A stretch of 63,905 bases of DNA, the filler included, from Octopus bimaculoides (Eukaryota), in assembly GCF_001194135.2 (NCBI RefSeq). It is 9 parts of 7 records of this genome, joined end to end, with 100 filler letters (N's around TTAATTAATTAA, not from the genome) between each part and the next. Parts side by side here need not be neighbours in the genome. Positions count along the whole stretch, not along the records: positions 53,173 to 55,778 come from NW_026370805.1; positions 55,879 to 58,218 come from NW_026389746.1; positions 58,319 to 62,161 come from NC_069002.1; positions 62,262 to 63,905 come from NW_026318668.1; 5 more parts are not named here. One strand, given 5' to 3'. The position numbers and the translations under genes are program-made. Each line of letters starts with the position of its first letter. Position 1 is the stretch's first letter. Of this stretch, positions 54,220-63,905 are shown piece after piece. The notes below the pieces were generated by a model, which was not told where the DNA came from, did no database searches, and saw nothing but the letters and a program-made list of their open reading frames with translations.

Positions 54220-55134
54220 TGAAACCTTTAGCATTCAGATCACCTGGTCAAATGTAATGCTTATATATCTACATTGTTTTGAATTAATCCTGCATTATCT
54301 CATGGTTTTGAGATTTCAATGATGTGATTTGATTGTATATTTTTAGAATGACATTGTAGAGTAGGTGTGAAAGGCCAGATCTGGCTGGTTTGCACATTGT
54401 CAGTGCCAGATTGTTGGCACTCTGTCGCTTAAAACGTCGAGGGTTCCAGTTGATCAGATCAACGGAACAGCCTGCTCGTGAAATTAACGTGCAAGTGGCT
54501 GAGCACTCCACAGACACGTGTACCCTTAACGTAGTTCTCGGGGGATATTCAGCGTGAAACAAAGAGTGACAAGGCTGGCCCTTTGAAATGCAGGNNNNNN
54601 NNNNNNNNNNNNNNNNNNNNNNNNNNNNNNNNNNNNNNNNNNNNNNNNNNNNNNNNNNNNNNNNNNNNNNNNNNNNNNNNNNNNNNNNNNNNNNNNNNNN
54701 NNNNNNNNNNNNNNNNNNNNNNNNNNNNNNNNNNNNNNNNNNNAAACGTCGAGGGTTCCAGTTGATCAGATCAACGGAACAGCCTGCTCGTGAAATTAAC
54801 GTGCAAGTGGCTGAGCACTCCACAGACACGTGTACCCTTAACGTAGTTCTCGGGGGATATTCAGCGTGACACAGAGTGTGACAAGGCTGACCCTTTGAAT
54901 TACAGGCACAACAGAAACAGGAAGAAAGAGTGAGAGAAAGTTGTGGTGAGAGAGTACAGCAGGGTTCGCCACCATCCCCTGCCGGAGCCTCGTGGAGCTT
55001 TTAGGTGTTTTCGCTCAATAAACACTCACAACGCCCGGTCTGGGAATCGAAACTGTGATCCTATGACTGCGAGTCCACTGCCCTAACAACTGGGCCATTG
55101 CGCCTCCACACTAATTTAAATACTAAACGGTTAA
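54220..55134. mobile_element. Second TTAA-MITE copy interrupted by a SINE
   Basis: 54220-54410 is the reverse complement of the 43784 element body; tttaaatactaaacggttaa at 55115-55134 looks like its other terminus; SINE family C lies between. Confidence 0.6.
54414..55107 (-). mobile_element. SINE family C, long variant, with a segment duplicated across a gap
   Basis: Reverse complement of the 44008 copy; ~54432-54594 repeated at ~54744-54906. Confidence 0.88.
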
Positions 55135-55139
55135 CTCAC

Positions 55140-55348
55140 TCCATTTCTGCTTTCTTGGCTTCCTCCGATGACAAATCCTTCTCCACACTATAATCCAGAA
55201 TGGATTTCACACCAAACTTCATGTTCTTCTCTATGGTTGGTCTAATGTCTTCCTGGTCCTCCCCTGCTACAAATTGACCGTAAAATGTGGCCTTCATCAA
55301 TTTCGTAAACAGGGTTTTCCCAAGAATTCTTCGTGACCATTTCAGGAG
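55140..55348 (-). CDS. PRODH: Proline dehydrogenase internal exon (209 nt, phase 0 to phase 2)
   Basis: Translates LLKWSRRILGKTLFTKLMKATFYGQFVAGEDQEDIRPTIEKNMKFGVKSILDYSVEKDLSSEEAKKAEME, matching the conserved PRODH segment (KLMKxTFYGxFVAGED...ILDYxVEEDLS...EMES). Acceptor ttatttccag, donor gtgagt. Confidence 0.95.
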
Positions 55349-55742
55349 CTGGAAATAACAAAACATAACAAGAGACGTATTAGATTTACAAACAGAAAAA
55401 TTATTATTTCTGAATCTCTCAACGAGAGACATACAGTAATGGTAGTCTAAAGTAAAGATTATTTGCCAACATAAAGGTGGCAGTCATGGTTGGGACGAAT
55501 GTTACTGTTGTTTAACCCCAGGAAACATCATCTCCAGCTGGTTATACGACACACAATCTGTACAAGGACATAGACTGTGTGTCGTATAGCCAGTAGGAGA
55601 CGATGTTTCCTGGGGCTAAATAACAGTAACATTCATCTCGGGGACTGCCACAATATGTTGGCAAACAATATTTGCATTAGATTTGCAGCCAACAGCAAAA
55701 AAAAAACAAAACAAAAAAAACATTTTCCTGAAGGGAAGAAGG

Positions 55743-55778
<36 letters not shown>

Positions 55779-56028
55779 NNNNNNNNNNNNNNNNNNNNNN
55801 NNNNNNNNNNNNNNNNNNNNNNTTAATTAATTAANNNNNNNNNNNNNNNNNNNNNNNNNNNNNNNNNNNNNNNNNNNNATATATATTCCTGTTGTTGTTG
55901 TTGTGGGTAGGAACGTGTTAAAAATAAATGTAAACTCCACTATTTTGACTCGGTTCTTCATGTGCTTTTATACTGGATTACTTCTAGCTGCACGAACCTT
56001 AGCACACCCCAGTAAAAGTTTTGCTTAC

Positions 56029-56229
56029 TGTTTTCTCTATAAGACAGAAGTTCCTGACTAGCTCCGAATGACCAAAATGAAATCTCTTATTAAGGAAGCG
56101 CAATGATACCGAAGCACTGCGTCTGGTAGTCTGCTGACTTCTCTTGAAGCTTCGTATGTTTTGACATGAAGTAAACTGGGGAAAATTTGTTCTTCGAGGC
56201 AAAATTCCGCAGAGAATACCATTCAGCAT
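56029..56229 (-). CDS. PRODH: Probable (alternative) first coding exon of PRODH, mitochondrial presequence-like
   Basis: ATG-initiated 67 codons (MLNGILCGILPRRTNFPQFTSCQNIRSFKRSQQTTRRSASVSLRFLNKRFHFGHSELVRNFCLIEKT), rich in R/S and nearly free of acidic residues. Ends in donor ACA|gtaagc in phase 0, matching the 55348 acceptor. No homology support. Confidence 0.62.
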
Positions 56230-56494
56230 CCTTGTGTGCAGTCATATGTTAACATCAAAGGAAAACATCAATATTCTGACACTCGCTGCTTCGTGTACTT
56301 TTACTGAATAATATATTGAGAGGTTTAAACCGAGAAAATCGTCCCCAGTTATATTTTCTTTCTTAAATCTAGTACTTAGTCTATCGATCTGTTTTGCCGA
56401 ATTCGCTAAGTTAAGAATATATAAACAAACCAGTACCGGTTGTCAAGCAATGGTGGTGGTGACAAACAAAGACAGAAACACACATACATAACCT

Positions 56495-56495
56495 T

Positions 56496-56559
<64 letters not shown>

Positions 56560-56562
56560 TTA

Positions 56563-56608
<46 letters not shown>

Positions 56609-56725
56609 AGTTTTTCTGTCTGATTGCCTGTCTATTTGCTTGTCTATCTATTTATCTATCTATCTTACTATTTATCTACCTACCCACCTATCAATCAATA
56701 TGTCAATCTATCTATCTATCTATTC
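56495..56725. repeat. (TATC)n/(TGTC)n tetranucleotide tract
   Basis: Direct reading. Confidence 0.95.
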
Positions 56726-57840
56726 ACAAATGTGGCAAGAATGGTAAGAATGAAAGACGACACCATTTTAAGCATAGACTTGTAACAAAAAGAGACAAAA
56801 AGAGAGAAGGTACTTACTTTCATGTACCTTTAAAAANNNNNNNNNNNNNNNNNNNNNNNNNNNNNNNNNNNNNNNNNNNNNNNNNNNNNNNNNNNNNNNN
56901 NNNNNNNNNNNNNNNNNNNNNNNNNNNNNNNNNNNNNNNNNNNNNNNNNNNNNNNNNNNNNNNNNNNNNNNNNNNNNNNNNNNNNNNNNNNNNNNNNNNN
57001 NNNNNNNNNNNNNNNNNNNNNNNNNNNNNNNNNNNNNNNNNNNNNNNNNNNNNNNNNNNNNNNNNNNNNNNNNNNNNNNNNNNNNNNNNNNNNNNNNNNN
57101 NNNNNNNNNNNNNNNNNNNNNNNNNNNNNNNNNNNNNNNNNNNNNNNNNNNNNNNNNNNNNNNNNNNNNNNNNNNNNNNNNNNNNNNNNNNNNNNNNNNN
57201 NNNNNNNNNNNNNNNNNNNNNNNNNNNNNNNNNNNNNNNNNNNNNNNNNNNNNNNNNNNNNNNNNNNNNNNNNNNNNNNNNNNNNNNNNNNNNNNNNNNN
57301 NNNNNNNNNNNNNNNNNNNNNNNNNNNNNNNNNNNNNNNNNNNNNNNNNNNNNNNNNNNNNNNNNNNNNNNNNNNNNNNNNNNNNNNNNNNNNNNNNNNN
57401 NNNNNNNNNNNNNNNNNNNNNNNNNNNNNNNNNNNNNNNNNNNNNNNNNNNNNNNNNNNNNNNNNNNNNNNNNNNNNNNNNNNNNNNNNNNNNNNNNNNN
57501 NNNNNNNNNNNNNNNNNNNNNNNNNNNNNNNNNNNNNNNNNNNNNNNNNNNNNNNNNNNNNNNNNNNNNNNNNNNNNNNNNNNNNNNNNNNNNNNNNNNN
57601 NNNNNNNNNNNNNNNNNNNNNNNNNNNNNNNNNNNNNNNNNNNNNNNNNNNNNNNNNNNNNNNNNNNNNNNNNNNNNNNNNNNNNNNNNNNNNNNNNNNN
57701 NNNNNNNNNNNNNNNNNNNNNNNNNNNNNNNNNNNNNNNNNNNNNNNNNNNNNNNNNNNNNNNNNNNNNNNNNNNNNNNNNNNACACACACACACACATA
57801 TATATATATGCATATGCACATGCATATACGTGTATACACA

Positions 57841-58160
57841 GGGTAAAAACCTCCTTCGGTCATGAATGACCATGGGATCGTACCTAGAAAATTACCCTTC
57901 GAGGCACAAGTGCAAGCAAGGTTACTTTATGGAAGACCAGCAGTTGCCTATGCAAACCAGCCTCCCCTCCCCATGCCACTGATGTTATCCAAGTGAAAGG
58001 CCGATACAGCTTGACACGAGTGACGTCGCAACTTATTTCTTCAGATGAGTGAATTGGAGCAACGTGAAATAAAGTGACTTGCTCAAGAACACAACATGCA
58101 GCCAAGTCCGAGAATCGAACCCACTACCTATGACTCACTGACCGCTGACCCATGCGCCTT
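57841..58160 (-). mobile_element. tRNA-headed SINE family D with CORE-like middle
   Basis: Minus strand reads gaaggcgcatgg...ggttcgattctcgg...gtgttcttgagcaagtcactttatttcacgttgctcc...catggtcattcatgaccgaagg. Related heads at ~20905-20992, 41780-41925 and 59290-59368. Confidence 0.7.
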
Positions 58161-58171
58161 CGTTAAACACA

Positions 58172-58218
<47 letters not shown>

Positions 58219-59489
58219 NNNNNNNNNNNNNNNNNNNNNNNNNNNNNNNNNNNNNNNNNNNNTTAATTAATTAANNNNNNNNNNNNNNNNNNNNNNNNNN
58301 NNNNNNNNNNNNNNNNNNTGTGTGTGTGTGTGTGTGTGTGTATTGAAGTTTCTTTTATGTCAAGTTATAATTAAAAAAATAATTTTACAATAAACTGACG
58401 GATTACTCAATACTTTTTGTTGAGTAAACTTATTATTCATTGGCAAGAATTGTATAGACAGTGACGTTTCTGTCAGCAAAGGCACAATAGAGCTGTGATA
58501 CTTTTGAGTTCATCATAGTTTTATATAATCTATGTTTAGCTAAAGTTTTCTGAAGTAGGTGGAGCTCTGTTGAATAATAATTAGGAATTAGGGTAGGTTG
58601 TGATGGGGAGTTGTTATGGAAAGTATTTTGTTGATCAAATTCCGAGTTGTGTTTTTATCCATAATTTATTAATGCATGAAAAACTTTGCAATCAGGTGTG
58701 TCTATTTACGTGCGTCGGCTTCAGGTGATGGAGTTGTTAGTATTTTAGAGGTCTACAAAAGAATGTGGATAGGCAGAAGGAGTTAGTTGGTCAGCAGATG
58801 TGTCCCTAGGTTTAGTTGTTGGTTTTATTCAAATACTAATGGGAGATTTAACTTTTTGTTTTAGGAATGTGAAGGATGAAGTTCAGAGTTCAGTCTAGCA
58901 TTTAAACCTCTATAGATGTGAAGCAGTGTGGTATGTATGTGGACGTATAAATTGCAATATGGTATGTTAAATTAATTCAAGATTAATAATAATAAATGAA
59001 TTCAGAGTCAAATTACAATAGACAGCAAGGAAACATATATTAAAGCTGCAGAAATTTGATAAAGCAAACTGCTAAGACATTTCAATTGTTAAAACTTTAT
59101 CAATATTTAAATGTTTATCAAAATGTAGACTAGAGGTTAAAAGAAAAACCTTGAATACAGTGTCACAATAATTCTGGATACTTCTGTTCAAAGGTTGGTA
59201 TAATGCTAAGATTAACTTCAAAGATTCTGACTTGAAATCTCTTCAAACTGAAAACTGCAAATTGAAATCAAAATTTTCACGTCAAGGTCACCAGGCGCCG
59301 GCGGGGAACGAAATTGCGACCTTACGATCGTAAGCCGAATACCCTAACCACTGAGCCACGCACCTTCACTATGCAAAATTATGTATGTATTGAGAACTCT
59401 GATTTTCTCTTTTATTTACAAGTGTTCCCTTTATTTATTCTCTTTGACCATTGCCACTTTCCATTAACGCTTCCTACCTTACATCTTCT

Positions 59490-59542
59490 TTTCCTCCTCT
59501 CTCATTCACTCCCTCTCTGTTTCTCTTTCTTTATGTCTCTCC

Positions 59543-59576
<34 letters not shown>

Positions 59577-59990
59577 ATCTATCTATCTATATTTCCCTCT
59601 TTACCTTTATCTCTCCCTTTTAAATTCCTTTACCACCCAAACTTCCTTTCCTGTTTTGCCAATATTTTGATTATTTCCTCAATTATTGACAAAAATTAAA
59701 GCGGCGAGCTGGTAGAATCGTCAGTGAATCGGACAAAATGCTTAGCGGTATTTCGTCTGTCTTTACGTTGTGAGTTCAAATTTCACCGAGGTCGACTTTG
59801 CCTTTCCTCCTTTCGGGATCGATAAAATGAGTACCAGTTACACACTGGGGTCGATATAACAGACTTACTTCCTCCTTTCTTTCAATTCTCTCTTTCTCTC
59901 TCTTTATCCCTGTTGCTTCCCAGTTGTTCCTCTTCTCCTCACATATGCCTCTTCAGCTCTGCCATTTTCACCCTCTCTCTTCTCACACGT

Positions 59991-60028
<38 letters not shown>

Positions 60029-60343
60029 CCTTCTCTATTTTCTAATCTCTTTCTTCTCTAAACGTTTCTATTTCACCTCCATGCACATCACCTTTATTTC
60101 ACTTGTTTCCATTGCTTTCTATTGTCATTTGTGTCCATGTATTGAGGAGTCTTTGTATGATTAAACTCTGCTTATATAATTTGCTCTGCTTATACAATGG
60201 ATGATAAATATAGCGGCATATGTGTCTTATAAGCATGTGTGTGTATATTTACATACATACCCACTCACACACACACATATACACTCAGAGGACCATACAT
60301 TCACCCTCCTCCTCTCCTTCTCTCTAAACATATTCCCTCTCTC

Positions 60344-60423
<80 letters not shown>

Positions 60424-60440
60424 TCTCTCTCCCTCTTTCT
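59490..60440. repeat. CT-rich region with several (CT)n tracts
   Basis: Direct reading; similar CT-rich region at 42480-43090. Confidence 0.9.
59700..59870 (+). mobile_element. SINE family A
   Basis: gcggcgagctggtagaatcg...gagttcaaatttc...ctggggtcgat. Confidence 0.85.
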
Positions 60441-61703
60441 ATTTCTCTTCCCCCTCCCCGCACGTCTATAAGAAACTTTACAGTACATTTTGTATTCAGT
60501 GGCAAAGTAGAAGCAGAACATATAAGAGAGGCTGTGGGTGCATGGCGGATTGAAAGAGAAAGAGAGAAAGAGATAGGAAGAGAGTGAAAGAGAAGAAGGG
60601 AAAGGTAAAAGGGAGAAAGGAAGCTACTAGAACACTGTCAAGGTTTCGAAGAGAGAAAAGGTTTTCTTTCGGATAAAGAACACACTTACTATGATAAAAG
60701 GGATTTTGTTGACCAAACGATACAAATTTAAGCAATAAAAAGTCTCAAGAATTATAAAGTAAGTAATTATTTTTTCTTCCCTAATTTTCCTAATTTCAAT
60801 GATTTTATGCATTTATTATTAAGTAACCACGACAGTTTCGTAGTGCAACCAGGACCAATCATTACCAGAAACCATTTTAGTTTTATACATGCCATCGGAA
60901 AACACCGGCGCGCGAACTCTCGGGAACTTGTTGGGACATACCGGAGAATTCCGTTTCAATCCAAACAGCTGACTGTCTCAGAAATAGAGGAAGGACTCAT
61001 TGAGTATGTACTGTAGGAATATATATTAAAAAAAAACATGGTAACCGACGAAAATATTACAGATACCAATACAGATTGTTATAGACAGGGAGGCAAGACT
61101 CAAAGTTACCACTCGATGTTCTAGAATTAGCAGCTAAGTCTTCCTCAAATCACGCATTGTACAGTTTTTTTTCCAAAAATGAGCACACCAGATAATCTAG
61201 AAAGTGTTATACAACAGTCGAAAAATAAAAGACTGGTTGGTCGAAGATCTTGATAAAATGTCTGCTCGACAAGTGCCGATTTGTAGTTAAACAACAATAA
61301 TGACGACAACATCTACAAAAAAAAACAACAACATCCGGGAATAGTTACAGCTAAGTTACATTTTATCCTTAGGTTTGTTCAGAAAGGCCTTGGGTTAAAC
61401 AAAAACAACAATAACAGCAATACATGAATCTTGAAATCAATCAAATAAGATTGACTTGAGTGTGACTCAATCACAGTGGAGGGCGGGATAGCCTCTAGCC
61501 TAGTAAGATGCTCTGTGTGGTGAAAATCCTCCTGGATGGAATATTTTACAAGAACTCATCGAACACGTTTTTTAGAATTTTAAAAAAAACGCAATTTTTA
61601 ACTCGGTCTTTGAGCATTCAAGCATCTATCGAAATACCATTTTCGCATGGAAAAATTAAGTGTGTTTGTGTGTGTATGTGTGTGTCTGTGTGTATGTGTA
61701 TGA

Positions 61704-61734
<31 letters not shown>

Positions 61735-61745
61735 TGTATGTATAT

Positions 61746-61796
<51 letters not shown>

Positions 61797-62389
61797 TAAT
61801 TAAGATTCGGTTGAATTAGGTACTTAAATTGAAGCACCTAATTTTCACACTCAAACAATACCAAGTGAATATCCAACACTGTGCAGAAGTGTTTGCACTT
61901 GATATTCGTGCAGTGTATGCAGATATCACGACCCAACTTAGTGAAGAGATCCGCTCTTGGTTGTTCTGATATGTACTTTATATAAAAATACAAAAATGAA
62001 AAAGATGTCATCATTGAAAAGAAACTGTTTTCGACAGATGACTGCATAGACTTCACAACCAACTGCTTTAACATATTCGTATCACGAAAGATATAACAGC
62101 AGAATCAATGCAAATATTTGTTACTCGTTTATGTATACATATATATATATATATATATATANNNNNNNNNNNNNNNNNNNNNNNNNNNNNNNNNNNNNNN
62201 NNNNNTTAATTAATTAANNNNNNNNNNNNNNNNNNNNNNNNNNNNNNNNNNNNNNNNNNNNACACACACTCACATATATTCATTAAATAATATATGGGTT
62301 CTTAAAATTGAAAGCAACAATAATTAAAAAAAAACTATATATGCAGACATAACAGGGCACGTGAGATACACACTGTCATATTTATATTG

Positions 62390-63095
<706 letters not shown>

Positions 63096-63905
63096 TTATT
63101 GCATTGTCACAGATCTTCAATACTGAGTGTTTGCAGTGTCCACATATAAACTACACAACGTGGCTCTACTTAATGTGTTTCCATCTATCAAACAGCCTCT
63201 CTATATATCCACCACGTATCAATCATTGTCTTAGATCAAATGTCGCTTTTCATATTTCTATATTCCATTACCATTGTTGTTCTATAGAGTCTGGCAACGT
63301 TAGCATCGACAAGGATCCATTACTAATACATTAATTAGCTAATAATACTTTGACTGTCGATGTACAACATCATGCAATGTAGGCCTGTATGATTTGGGTA
63401 AGAATTGCTATACATGCTTTTATATACATATATAGACACAAACCTATATACAGACACATATGTGCATCTGTGTACGTACGTATTCAGATGTAGATATATG
63501 GAAGTAAGATTATGTCGGTATATGTGGTTTTACTGTAAAGCACAGATATGTTTGGTGTTAGCGAAGGTTTATCGTTTCCAAATATCATGCAAAATAAAAA
63601 AAAATTTAAAAAACGCTTATCCGAATGTGGAATTAACTTAATGCATTGATTGGATGGTCGATAATAACTTGATATAAGTTCAGTATAACTTTATACAAAA
63701 TTACATTACGGATTGTGTATATGAATATATACATAGAAATATACACATATATACAAATATATACAATGTATATAAATATACATATATATATAAAGATGTA
63801 TGTATATAAATATGTTTATTTACATAAATAATAATATATTATATCATATTACATTACATTATATTATATTATATTGTATGTGCAATATTATGAGATTAGT
63901 TGTGA

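Noticed and set aside
56813-56836. Strong minus-strand donor gtaagt next to a large gap as the canonical PRODH exon end
   Set aside because: The open frame (FLKVHE) ends in phase 1 and the phase-0 reading has a stop, so it does not fit the phase-0 acceptor at 55348.
61838-62074. 78-aa minus-strand ORF upstream of PRODH
   Set aside because: No PRODH motif and no convincing donor.

Overview
AT-rich, gap-riddled eukaryotic genomic DNA. The SINE families and extreme microsatellite density suggest an octopus (inference). Only one host gene is recognisable: the 5' part of a mitochondrial proline dehydrogenase (PRODH) on the minus strand. It has a confident 209-nt exon (55140-55348), a 38-nt exon (53238-53275) and a probable lineage-specific first coding exon (56029-56229) that splices in frame and replaces the conserved N-terminus. 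No further PRODH exons were recognised. The rest is intronic or intergenic: several tRNA-headed SINE families, mariner remnants, TA-, TTAA- and hAT-type MITEs, fossils of RTE, L1/Tx1, Penelope and REL-endonuclease retroelements, and simple repeats. Most long ORFs in the supplied track are artefacts of N runs or microsatellites. I found no convincing new multi-gene system. The best leads are the PRODH first exon, a MITE/SINE nest abutting a PRODH splice donor, modular and dimeric SINEs, two long foldbacks and a promoter-like island near 40.8 kb. Repeat boundaries are approximate unless terminal repeats are quoted.
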